From assembly GCF_009834535.1 (NCBI RefSeq), contig NC_045707.1:58096001-58160000 (forward strand): a DNA stretch of 64,000 nucleotides, given 5' to 3'. Under the pieces are notes generated by a model that saw only the letters and a list, made by a program, of their open reading frames with translations, made no database searches and was not told the origin of the DNA. Positions 52,916 to 64,000 of this stretch are shown here, in pieces. Source of the stretch: Camelus ferus (lineage: Eukaryota). The position numbers and the translations under genes were made by a program. Every line of letters begins with the position of its first letter. Position 1 is the first letter of the stretch.

Positions 52916-53844
52916 GTAAGTATGGTTTCTCACAGTAACTTTTCTGCTTTGATTTCTTCATTTCATTGCTCCTTTCCTTAAGATACCTGCAAACATTTTG
53001 AAATAGCTTATGAAAGTTAATTCATGTCTGTTTACCAGGAGAAAGAGAACTATCTTGAATATTATTGCTTTGTTTCTGAAGTTCTTTCTTTCACTCTCAA
53101 GTTTTGATTATTCTACTGTTACTGTCTTCCATTGCAATTTTCCAATACATTAAATTTAAGTGTCAGACAACTATTTTATGTTACCTTCTGGCCTAGTAAA
53201 TTATTAGTCATTTTGAGGTTCCCACATGGGTTAGCTCTGGTTACTGAGACTGAGAACAATGTTGTATTTAAACATATCATCAAATTCTGAGAACTTGATT
53301 CCTACTGACTATTTATTTAATGTAGTTTATCTAAAATTTTTTTAGGTTTTCAGTACATGAACACTGGAATTCATAGCGCTGTTGGCATAATATTAAATAT
53401 CAAAGCATAAGCACCTTAGACTACTATATAGGGCTATATACTGATCGGCAAATGTCCTTAGAACAAGGCTCCCTTGTGTCACATTAAATTTCTGTTTTGG
53501 TTTTTACTTATGAAATGCAATGCAAAGGTGTTGGCAACTATATGAAAACATGATTCAGTGCATAACTTTTGTTACGTGTGTATGAATTCAGGTAAGACTG
53601 GCCCTCAGCAAAATCTCCTGCACCCTTTATGTAGCTTTTGTTCCACTTGGCCTTCTAATGTCAGTCTGTTCTTATTCTCTCTCCTCAGCAAAAAACAGTG
53701 AATAAGTTTAAGTGTGTCAGTTATTCCAAGTTTCCTCTTCTTTCAAACCCTACTCACTTTAATAACTTAAGCCTTCTCCTAAAATAGTACAGTTAGCTTT
53801 TAATTAGTTTCCTTGTCCCCCATCTGTTTCTCTCTAATTAAAAA

Positions 53845-54050
53845 CTTTTCAAACTTTGAATCCATTAGCGGGTCATGAATGAACTGAGTTGCCAACAGCA
53901 TTTTTTAAAAAAAAGAATTGAAAATATCAAGGAATATTGCATATGGTAAAGGTAAATATTGTTTCTTAAAACTCTTGTTTTTATAAACATTTATTAAGAG
54001 TATTGGATTGCACTATAAAATAAATTTCTAGGCTGCTTCAAAATAGTCTT
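53845..54050. mobile_element. hAT-Charlie MITE relic (family uncertain)
   Basis: ccattagcgggtcatgaa..cagcattttttaaaaaa..ggtaaatattgtttc. Confidence 0.5.
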
Positions 54051-54357
54051 TGTAATTCAGTTGTCCAGGCTCTTAAAATCCTTTATTAAGATTCTCAGTG
54101 GGAATTGGGATTAAATTTTAAACTCCTCATTTTAGCACTTAAGACCATTAGTCATCTGGCCACTGGTTCTTCTTTCAAGCTAAGCTGCTACCATTACTTT
54201 TCAGGTATGAATGATCCCAGCTTTGTATAACTACTTGAATTTCTGTCAGATGCCTTTGTGCCTCCTCCTGTTTCTGTCTAGATACTTTCATTCACCATCT
54301 CTTCAACTTGGAGACTTCTTTCGATCCTTTGACTTGGTTCAAGGCTCTTAAGCCTAT

Positions 54358-55000
54358 GGGGAAAAAAATGCTCAATCTCATTCATAACAAGTGCACATAA
54401 AGCTAAAATGAATTACCACTTTTCATTTATCATATTGGCAAAGATCAAAATGTTTGCACACTATTGACAACAAGGTTAGGAAAGGCACTCTCTTACTTTA
54501 CTGGTGGAAGTGTAATTGACTGTTAAGCAAATTTTATCAAAGAAACAGTTTTTGGCTTAGCAGCACTACCTCTAGGAATTTTTTTTTTTTACAGATAGTC
54601 TTAGTCACGTAGGAAATAAGGTATGTGCTAGCAGCATTGTTTATAATAGGAGTAGGAAATCGTTGAATAAATTATGATACATCCTTTCACTGGAATACTC
54701 TAGCAATTAAAACACTACATATAGATATGGAAAGAGCACTAGATGTATTATTAAGTATCAAACAAATGAAGGACAGAAGTATGCCTCATTTGTGCTAATT
54801 TTTTAAAAATTTAAATTGTATTTGCTTATATATACATAAAATCTCTCTGTAAGGATCTAACCAGAAGTAACTATGGGGAGGAGAAAGTGGTTGGCTTAAG
54901 TCAGCAGTGGGAGTGACTTCCTTATATAACCACTTATTCTTTTTTATTTTTGAAACTTGAGAATATATTACTTAGGAAAGAAAACATGAAATCACAATAA
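54358..55000 (+). mobile_element. L1ME-type 3' fragment
   Basis: aaaatgctcaatctcattcataa; attggcaaagatcaaaa; gcagcattgtttataatag. Confidence 0.7.
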
Positions 55001-55494
55001 ATAGAAGAGATCTGTTTCAAATATAACCTTCTCCCCACTTACACCCTCCCCACCAGATACACACGACCCCTTTCAGTTGATTTTTATGCTTTTCAGCAGT
55101 AGTCCCATTGCATCGTCATCACAGAACCTCTCTGAGGGTTGGTTGTTTCACTTGATTTCTGTCCTCTGTTAGAAGTTTTCTTGAATATAATAAGTACTGT
55201 CTTATTTTTTTGGGTATCCTTGCATGGCCTGGCATATAGAGAGCCTTAGATTTGTGGGGAGGGTGGAATTACGTCTACCTTTCTCTCCATACAGACCCCC
55301 AAGTACTTAACAATTTTTTATCACTTAAGATATTTAACATTATTATAGTTCATATTTCCTAATGAGGGTATGTTTTTATTACCTTATGATCCAGTATTAT
55401 TTCTGTCTCCATTAATAAAGTACCTTGTAATGTATATGTTATTGGCCTTTTTTTTTTTAACTTAAATCTCTGGACTTCAGCCTGTTCTTTTGAT

Positions 55495-55690
55495 TGGTGG
55501 CTCTTGAATATTGGTCTCCAGGCAGGTGATAGGCAGTGATATGAGATCACATGGGGGATTTATTAAAAATACAAATTGATAGGACGCATTTCCCAGTATG
55601 CTGATTAATTCAGTGGGACTGAGGTGGAGATGAGGATTTTTTTTTTTTAGCAAGTTCTTCAGATGGTTCCACTTGGAGCTTGAATTAGAA
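55495..55690. mobile_element. MER5-like hAT MITE
   Basis: gatcacatgggggatttattaaaaatacaaatt; attcagtgggactgaggtgg..agcaagttcttcagatggttc. Confidence 0.55.
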
Positions 55691-56696
55691 GCATCTCCTT
55701 TGGATATTGTTAGGAAATAGGGGATCAATTCTTGAAACATAAATAAATGGTTATATATTAGGTACCACTACACCTCCTATAGGTAAAAAGAAGCCCTTCT
55801 CAAGGTCGACATCTTGGAAAGTAAAGTAAAGGTCAACCAGATTTGAGTTACAAAGTATTTAGTGTTCACCTTTGTGTGTGGGGCTGTACTATATACAATT
55901 TATAGACCCTTTCTTTGCTCTCTGTGAGCTTAATTTGTAAATAAAATAAAGGTCAATGTCAGTATACAGTTAGAAGGGAATACTAATATTTATGCAGTTC
56001 TTTGCATTGTATTAAAATATATTCCTGTTTTCTGGCTTTATTGATGATTAGAATATTTGCTTTCTATTGCTGCAAAAAAAGTAGATCTGACCCTTTGGAA
56101 TATTTGTTTTGCTTTGTTATGTTCCTAACAGTCAGATTGTCATTTTCCTATGAACATTTCCCATGGTATATCATAAAGGTTCATGAAGGCATTCAGAAAC
56201 AGTTCCTTAACTACAAGGCAACAAAAATACTACAAATAAGTTTGTTTGATCCCAGTGTATTTTTAGAACACATTCAGCCTGAGATGATGTATCATATGGA
56301 CTCCTGAAGACATTCCCTACAATTAAAAAAAAAATCAGCTTAGCATACAAATTGATCCAATAATTTTGAAAAATTACAGTCTTGTGAAAGTTTCAATCAG
56401 AAGCATATTAACAAGATTTAAGCAATGTCATGCCAAACTGTAAGGCTCAGTCATTAGGAATTACTTAAAACTGAATGCATTATTATGGAAGTAACTCAAG
56501 ATCCTCTGTGCTAGTGTTTTCTGAGATTTTTTTTTTTTTTTTTTGCCCTAGTTAATCCATTAAGGGGAGGAGGGATTTTGAACTATGAAAATAAATATAT
56601 TGTTAATTTTTGTTAACTCGCATGGTGTAAAGCTGTTAATTATATTCACTCACCTCTAGATTTTAATAATTATCTAATTCACTATAATTTCTTTAG

Positions 56697-56841
56697 ACTT
56701 TTAATACAGGCAGGATATGATGTTAATATTAAAGATTATGATGGCTGGACACCTCTTCATGCTGCAGCTCATTGGGGTAAAGAAGAAGCATGTCGAATTT
56801 TAGTGGACAATCTGTGTGATATGGAGATGGTCAACAAAGTG
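56697..56841 (+). CDS. PPP1R12A: MYPT1 coding exon 5 (145 nt, phase 2 to 0): LLIQAGYDVNIKDYDGWTPLHAAAHWGKEEACRILVDNLCDMEMVNKV
   Basis: Acceptor tttctttag|A, donor GTG|gtaggc; GWTPLHAAA ankyrin motif. Confidence 0.98.
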
Positions 56842-59787
56842 GTAGGCCTTTTAAATGTATTTTTATTTTAGAAATGTAGTTTTAATCTAAAAAAAGTTAT
56901 AAGAATATAAATTACATGATTGTATTCAGTTTTGTTAACTGTACAAAACAACGTTTTGTCAATCATTTATTCATTTTTATAAGTATGACTTTTTCAGCTA
57001 CTTATGAGGTGATTTGACCCTGTTCTGCAAAGAAAAGAAGCATTACCCCTTCAGTAATCATATTACCATACATGTAGAGTAGATTTGGGTGTTTCCATTG
57101 ATACTGTATTCTTAGAAAGTCATAAATTAAGAAAATTTTGCATTTCTATGTGAATGTTTTCTCTCATCATATTTATTATGAGTTGGCACACATATAGAAG
57201 TCTGTTTCTCTTTCTCTTTAGCTGATAGTCTTATTAGCTTGCTTATAGTAGTTTTTTAAGTGACCTGGATAGTGGGGGGTCTTACAACAGGTGAGAATAG
57301 TAAAAACCATCAAGTTTTATGCCAGATAGGATCATTGAGATTCAGCATCTAGACTCATAGTTTTGCAGATGAGAAAACAGTTTAGAGAGGTAACTTACTT
57401 AATATCACCCAGTAGTTGGGTAGAGGGAAGGAGGGAGCGAATATCATTTAAGTGTTTTTTGCAAAATCATGAACAGATTCAGGTTATCACATTTTTTATT
57501 AGATTTTTCTTCTCTGCTCCCTTTCGTGTACCATTGGTTAGTTACCATTGTCACCAATATTCCTTAGTTCCCTCTCACTCCATGTTGGTAGATGATCAGA
57601 ATCACCTACCAACAGTGTCAGAGCTCAAAACATGTCTCCTCTAGTGAGCTTAATTACCCTTAACTCCTACAAATAGCCCTTATATATTGCATTTCATAGT
57701 ATAATATAGTAGATTACTTAGCAAAGGTTCCTAAAATGTTCTCATCTTTATTCAGATGAGGCCATCTAATTCCCTTATACTCATTAATGTGGGTACTGGT
57801 GCTGGTTACTCTGGTGACTGCAGTTTCTAATTGGGAATCTCCAAAGGGAAGAGAGCAATTATGATTTACCATATGCCCAAGGTTTGCTCAAGGGTAAGTG
57901 GCTGGAGTTTGAGGGTAGTGGTATAAATTCATATCCTAGTTGCTGACATAAAGAGATAAAGAAGCCCTCTGAATTACTTTCCTCTTTCTGGGTATTTTAT
58001 GTATGTATTTATAAATGTATTTTATATAAGAAATGTACAGGCAAGAAAAATCATAGGAAGTCAAGATGAAATATTTGAGAATGGTCCATCTGTAAGTATA
58101 GGTTTTCTCTTATTTTAACAGTATTCTGTTTTTAATCAGCATTAAAAGACAAATAAGTATACTATTTAAGTTTATGTAAAAACCCAGCTAATTTTAGCTT
58201 AATTCATCATCCCTCTCTTTCCACGTAGAAATTCTCTTAGCAGTTGGGATTTTTCTGAAGAAATTAGTGGATACCTGTTACTTTCTGGTCTCTGTTCTAC
58301 ATTCCTGTCTCTCTCCCAAATAGTGCCCCTTAAAGGCCACTTGTCCATTGACGTGGGCAGAGTTGATTGGTTCATTCAGTGATAGTGGTCTCCAGATAAG
58401 GAGAAGAGAGAAGCTTATTAATTGAAATGGTTTTCCATAGAGATTATGTTACTTCCTAATGTAAGCATGTTACATTATGCTAGTGAAATGTACAAAATAT
58501 ATAGTATGTATGAGTAATTTATTTTCCATCTGTTCTATTATTATCTGATTCTTATGCCATACAATTTATCATAGTTTTGCTTTAAGAGAAAGACTGCTTA
58601 TAAATTCCTTTTGCTTTATCTCCTTTAGTTCTTATATTATTATAGTAGTAGTTCCTTGTATTGCCCTAAATTTTGATATCTTATCCCCTCATTTCAGTAT
58701 TTCAGTGAGTGTTTCTAATTGTGCCTCATGTTACAGTTTTCAACTTTTAACAACCATATGCAGTTGTTAGCTGAGTTTTGCAGATTTGAGAATATGATTA
58801 GAAAAATAAAGTTGTTTTCCTAAAGCCCTAATAATTATTCTTTTTATTCTGTAAATTCCACTGAAACCTTTTGTTTTTTAATTTCTTATGTGTTTTATTT
58901 TTTCAGATATTAACTCACAAGTTGTAAAAATATTATTTTTAAATTTTTATCAAAATACTGTTTTTCTTTTAAAAATATCAAGATATTAAGGATATCTTTT
59001 AATACTGAGGAGCTACATATGTGTATAGCATTCTTAAAGGCCGTTGTGTCATAAATAAACCCAAATACAAGGAAGGTTTTTTGTTTGTTGGTTTGGTTTG
59101 AGGTTTTTTGGTTTTTTTTTTTTTTTTGCTTTTGTTTTTTCTTGAGAACTGTATTCTATAGTAATGGAAGCTATTTTTATAAGACTTTTTCCTTAATTTA
59201 AAAAATTTTAAATTTATGATTTTGCCTACGTGAGCTAGGCAATCTCAGTTTTCATTGGCAACATTTTAAAATTATATGGCATGCTTCATGTTCAATCAAA
59301 GCAAATTAATCTTACTTGTTTAAGCCTGCCTGTATGAATTTATCTTGTCATTTGATACCTTCTTCAGAACTTACACATTGAAAATTTTTCTAAATTTTTT
59401 TAAATACAAAGAAATATACTTAAGTCACCTCAGAACGTTTACATGAATTCTTTACTAATAGAAAATGTAAGTTGGGGAAATGTATAATATACAAAATAAA
59501 ACCAATCATACTAGGGAAAACTTGAAAGTCTACATGAGTGGGGAAAATGTTTTGAAAGTAAATATTCAGAGAATTTGGTTTCATTTCTTTAACTTAATCG
59601 CAGACTAAAAATACATTTGCTATGATTTAATTCATTCTTATAAATTATGTGATACAAATTTTACATATTAGAATATTTGTTTTGCTTCCCTAATTTATTA
59701 AAAGAATTGTTTTACTGGAATGTACCCAAATATTGTCTCTTTTAAAATATGAATTAAAGTATTTCTCTAGTTGGAATTTCTCTTAAC

Positions 59788-59823
59788 ACAGCTATCAAGC
59801 AAACTTTTTAGCTTGATAGCTGT
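59788..59823. repeat. Inverted repeat, perfect 13-bp arms with a 10-nt spacer
   Basis: acagctatcaagc-aaacttttta-gcttgatagctgt. Confidence 0.97.
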
Positions 59824-59914
59824 CATTATAAAGATTTAAATTAATAACAGAACTGCTTCTGCTATTGATGGACACAAAGGTTTTCCCCCTGATTCTGAGC
59901 TTATTCTTATTTTC

Positions 59915-60110
59915 TATAAGGACACTGGAACATTGGAGACCTAAATTCTACTCCCACTTTCCCTTCATTACCTGCATGACCTTAGGCAAAGACCATATAC
60001 CCAAAGCCTGGGTTTCCTCGTATGTATTGTGTGAATCATAGTAATGTTTGTCCTGACTACCTGACTGGCTGTTGTGAAGGTGACGAGAGATCATACCTGC
60101 AAAAGCAATT
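59915..60110 (+). mobile_element. MIR SINE
   Basis: ggagacctaaattcta..tgaccttaggcaa..gtttcctcgtatgta..gttgtgaagg. Confidence 0.7.
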
Positions 60111-61849
60111 CAGTTAGAATAAGTGAGGAAAAAAGAATGAAGAGACTATGAGGTTAGATGTAAACAGGGGCTCTAGTGTGGCTCTGGTAATTTATAGATA
60201 CATTGAACTGATTTTTTTTAAGCAGCAATTTTTTAAAAGATAGTTTTCTTGTTGATAGAGTTCTTAATTTTGCATACCTCCTTGAGCATTGTGTCCTCCT
60301 CAGTTGTTTCCTGGTTGCTTTATGTGACTCTGCTTATGTGCTGTACTGTGTTTGTACCCCATTTAGTGAAGCATAGTTGCCCTATAGTAGTTAAGGATCA
60401 GGTAATGTTTATGACTTTACAATTGGTTGACTTCATAACTGTTGTGTAGATTATTTAAAGAATATGGTTAAGTTGCTGAGTTCACTTGATAGATATGCTT
60501 CTTTGAATTAGAAACTTTTCTCTGTTTATAACCTACATTTTACTCTAGTTTTTATTCTCTGTCAGCTGCTATTTACAAAGTAGACTCATTTATCAGGGGA
60601 GAAAGTGAAAAGAAAGGTTAGTAAGGTGGTCCAATTTCTTATCCTTATAAAGGAAAATTTCTTGGTTACTAAAAATAACCACTGCATTTAACTGCTGCTA
60701 AAATTTAATTACAAGTCAACAAAATTTTCAAGGTACAAAATTTCATTGATGAGAAGGATTGGCTAATGCTTAAAATAATGCTTAGAAAGAAGCCAGTGAG
60801 TTACTTCCACGTGATTTTGAACACAGTTTTCTTAACAAGTGTAGCATGTGTAGCATTATAGAGTAAATTATACAAAAAGGCTATGATATAGCAAGGATTA
60901 ACATATATTGCTAATCTAAAGGGCACCTTCACATTTTGAGCCAGTTATTTTGTTTCAGAGCTATTTATTCCTCAGGAATGTAGTTCTTAGCATTTAATAC
61001 TCAAGATTGAAATGGGAAAAAAGGTTTCTTAAAGCTAAAACTTTTTCTCTTAGACTGAGTAGAAAAGGCTAAGATTGCCTTTTAAATTCCTACTGGGAAG
61101 ACTTTCTAACAAGAAAAAGCAGGTATAAAAGTGGTTTTGGATCTTACAAATTTTAAATACACACATTCTCCTATCTTGATAAAGTGACTTTTTATGTACT
61201 TTTGAGATATGTTTCACAGATCATAGCTTTTACTTCATAAACAGACAATGGAAAAACTAGCTCAGATTTGAGTAGCTTATATTTCATTTTATAGTGTTGG
61301 GAAGTGTAACTGCTTTCCAAGTAAATGTCAACATCCTGATGTTGGTATAGAATGGAGGTTTCTAGTTTTGTTTGGTTTTAAATGGAAGGATTTGTGTGAT
61401 TTTGGAAGTCATTATCTACCCATCTGACTTTGTTGTGGATATTGGACTTCAGTTATGAAAGAAATTTGAGTTTCCTCTCAGAATATGTTTTCTAGTTGAA
61501 AAAAAGCTTAAATTTTTCTGAAAAGGGTCACATACTGGCAGACATATAAGGTAGAATATATTTTAAATAATGAACCTTTTGGCATTCTGGAAACTTGTAC
61601 CAGTAAGGTTATTATAAGGACTAAGCAGGCAGCAGAAAAAAATACTATGTTTGGTCAGCAGCTCTCTGAAATTTTGTTTTCCACAATGAATAAAAATAGA
61701 TTGACATGTTCATCTGGACTAATTTTTGAAACTAAGTCATACCTGTGGGTGACTGAACATGAAACAGTTTAGAAATACATATTTTTATTACTCTACTAAG
61801 AATTTAATTAATTTTATGGGGATAAAAAAGAAATAAGGCCTTTAAAGGT

Positions 61850-62438
61850 TAAACTTGGAGTTGCCACATGACCTAGTAATTCAACTCATAGCTATATACC
61901 CAAGAAAATTAAAATAGATGTTCACACAAAAACTTGTACACAAGTGTTCATAGCAGTATTATTGATTATATACTAAAAAAGCAGAAAACAAGATCAAATG
62001 TCCATCAGCTGATGAATAGATAAGCAAAATGTGGTATATCGTGTAACGGAATATTATTCAGTAATGAAAAAGAACAAAGTTGTGATACATGCTACATGAA
62101 TGAACCTTGAAAAAAAATACACAGTGAAAGAAGCCAGTCACAAAGGACCATGTATTGTATGATTCCATTTATATGAAATGTCGAGAGTAGGAAAATGTGT
62201 AGTATCAGGAAGTAGGTTAGTGATCGCTTCAGACGGGGAGTGGGAGGGATAGCGCAAGTGGAGAGGGGACTGATAATAATGAGTGTCATTTCTTTTGGGG
62301 GTGATGAAAATGTTCTAAAATTGATTGTTTTAATGACTGTAAATCTCTGAAACATACTAAAAATCGTTGGATTGTATACTTTAAATGGGTGACTTCTGTG
62401 TGAATTATATCTCAGTAAAGGTGTTACCAAAAAAAGAG
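61850..62438 (+). mobile_element. L1MB-type 3' end, ending approx. 190 bp before exon 6
   Basis: ttcacacaaaaacttgtacacaagtgttcatagcag; tgattccatttatatgaaatgtc; ggggtgatgaaaatgttctaaaattgattg. Confidence 0.9.
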
Positions 62439-62631
62439 TAAGGGGAAATGTATCAGCTGCTCCTCTCTCATATGAATTTCTCATATATCTCCTTCAAATC
62501 ATATGTACCATGTTTTATACCTACTATAAAAATGGTATCTAACTTCTTTTTGCCAGAATCATCAAAGGAATTTTATGATTTACTGATTTTTTTTTCTTTT
62601 ATCATCACCAACTCCTTTGTTTCCTATTTAG

Positions 62632-62706
62632 GGCCAGACAGCCTTTGATGTAGCAGATGAAGATATTTTAGGATATTTAGAAGAGTTGCAAAAGAAACAA
62701 AATCTG
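62632..62706 (+). CDS. PPP1R12A: MYPT1 coding exon 6 (75 nt, phase 0 to 0): GQTAFDVADEDILGYLEELQKKQNL
   Basis: Acceptor cctatttag|GGC, donor CTG|gtatgt. Confidence 0.97.
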
Positions 62707-63299
62707 GTATGTTTGCCATGACTGTCCAAAAATTGTCTATATTAGTGAATTCTCTTAATAGCTTTGAATCTCAGTTGAAAAAGTATTTTTGTCCTGTTTT
62801 GTAGTGGTAGTGTTTATTTAGCCTTTTGTGTTGTTTATCCCCATCTCTGTAGCCTCCCCTTCCCAAAATAAGTGCTTCTATAATGTGTATGTTCTCATTA
62901 ATAACATTTTATAATTTTATAGGAAGGTTTGCTTAGAAGGTAGAGACTGTGAAGTCTCAGATTTCTAAAATAGCAGGCCCTAGATAAGTAAGGTGTTATG
63001 TAACTGGGAAATAGATTTTTAAGTAAAATATCATCAGGCATTCTAAGTGGTTAATGGACCCTGACTTACTCAGGGAACTGAAGTTGGAGGGATTTTAAAA
63101 AATCCAACTTAGTCCTTTATGGAACTTTTAAACTGTAGTCCTTTTTATTCTTTATCCAAACCTTTTTCTTTTCAGGTAAAACTTAAAATATTTTATTTGT
63201 TTTGTTTTCATTTAGTGTTTGAAAAATATTTTGTTACTATTTTAAATTCTGTATTTTACTCATTGTATTCTTATTTTCCTTTGCATAACTTTTATAAAG

Positions 63300-63388
63300 C
63301 TCCATAGTGAAAAACGGGAGAAGAAATCTCCACTAATTGAATCAACAGCCAATATGGACAATAATCAGTCACAGAAGACCTTTAAAAA
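63300..63388 (+). CDS. PPP1R12A: MYPT1 coding exon 7 (89 nt, phase 0 to 2): LHSEKREKKSPLIESTANMDNNQSQKTFK
   Basis: Weak AAG acceptor tttataaag|CTC, donor AAAAA|gtaagt; frame continuous and matches recalled MYPT1. Confidence 0.95.
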
Positions 63389-63541
63389 GTAAGTAAAATA
63401 TTAAAGTAGGTTTTGTTATTGTTATGAGTGAGTTGGCATGATAGCCATAGACATGATTATTAGATTTGAGGGATCTGGGAAAATTAATGTTTTTTGACTT
63501 TTTGTATTTATAATCATTTGAAGGCTTTGTTCCTTTCACAG

Positions 63542-63699
63542 CAAAGAAACATTGATTATCGAGCCTGAGAAAAATGCGTCCCGTATTGAATCTCTGGAAC
63601 AAGAAAAGGTTGATGATGAAGAAGAAGGAAAGAAAGATGAATCTAGTTGCTCTAGTGAAGAAGATGAGGAAGATGACTCGGAATCAGAAGCTGAAACAG
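63542..63699 (+). CDS. PPP1R12A: MYPT1 coding exon 8 (158 nt, phase 2 to 1), acidic region: KETLIIEPEKNASRIESLEQEKVDDEEEGKKDESSCSSEEDEEDDSESEAET
   Basis: Acceptor cctttcacag|C, donor ACAG|gtaaaa; follows a 153-nt intron. Confidence 0.97.
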
Positions 63700-64000
63700 G
63701 TAAAATTTGAAGGATAAAAAGATTTGCATTGAATTTTGATGCAGTGAGATGAGGTCAGGTTTTAATTTTGAAACATTTCAGATTGATTTGCTACTTGTTA
63801 GGATACCTGTCAAGCCAGGAAACTGCCTTTCAGAGTGTTAGAAATGTAGGTATAGTTTGATTTTACTGTTCTTTAATTACCTGGAGGTTCTTGATCACCT
63901 CTGCATTTTGTTGACCTATATTTTTAGGTTTGAGGAAGGTGAAGAGGCTTCTAATATTCCTTTGGATGGTGCAGATAGGGTGTAAGTGAGTTCCCAGCAA

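Noticed and set aside
58457..58478. Near-palindrome taatgtaagcatgttacatta
   Set aside because: Short, AT-rich and imperfect
62092..62484. Longest ORF (130 aa, minus strand)
   Set aside because: Antisense read of an L1MB 3' UTR relic
63369..63602. 77-aa antisense ORF over exons 7-8
   Set aside because: Shadow frame across intron 7 with no independent gene signals

Overview
AT-rich, CpG-poor placental mammal genomic DNA lying inside one + strand gene, PPP1R12A (MYPT1, myosin phosphatase targeting subunit 1). The window holds the distal 27.5 kb of intron 1 and seven GT-AG coding exons (2-8 by recalled human numbering). They splice into one open frame, approx. residues 80-371: ankyrin repeats plus the start of the acidic region. 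None of the ORFs in the supplied track is a real gene. The introns are full of old transposable-element relics (L1M, L2, MIR, MLT1 LTRs, Tigger/MER/Charlie/Kanga DNA transposons), several nested. I recognised no Alu, B1/B2, Bov-tA/CHR, PRE-1, ERE or Can-SINE, so the host is probably a SINE-poor laurasiatherian (inference). I found no convincing new biological system. The best leads are a well-formed cryptic 41-nt exon, an internal Met88 start, a stop-free exon 2-5 circle, candidate SRF and ETS/AP-1 enhancer motifs, competing splice signals in intron 6 and two perfect inverted repeats. Repeat family names come from recalled consensus sequences, and repeat boundaries are approximate unless TIRs or TSDs are quoted.
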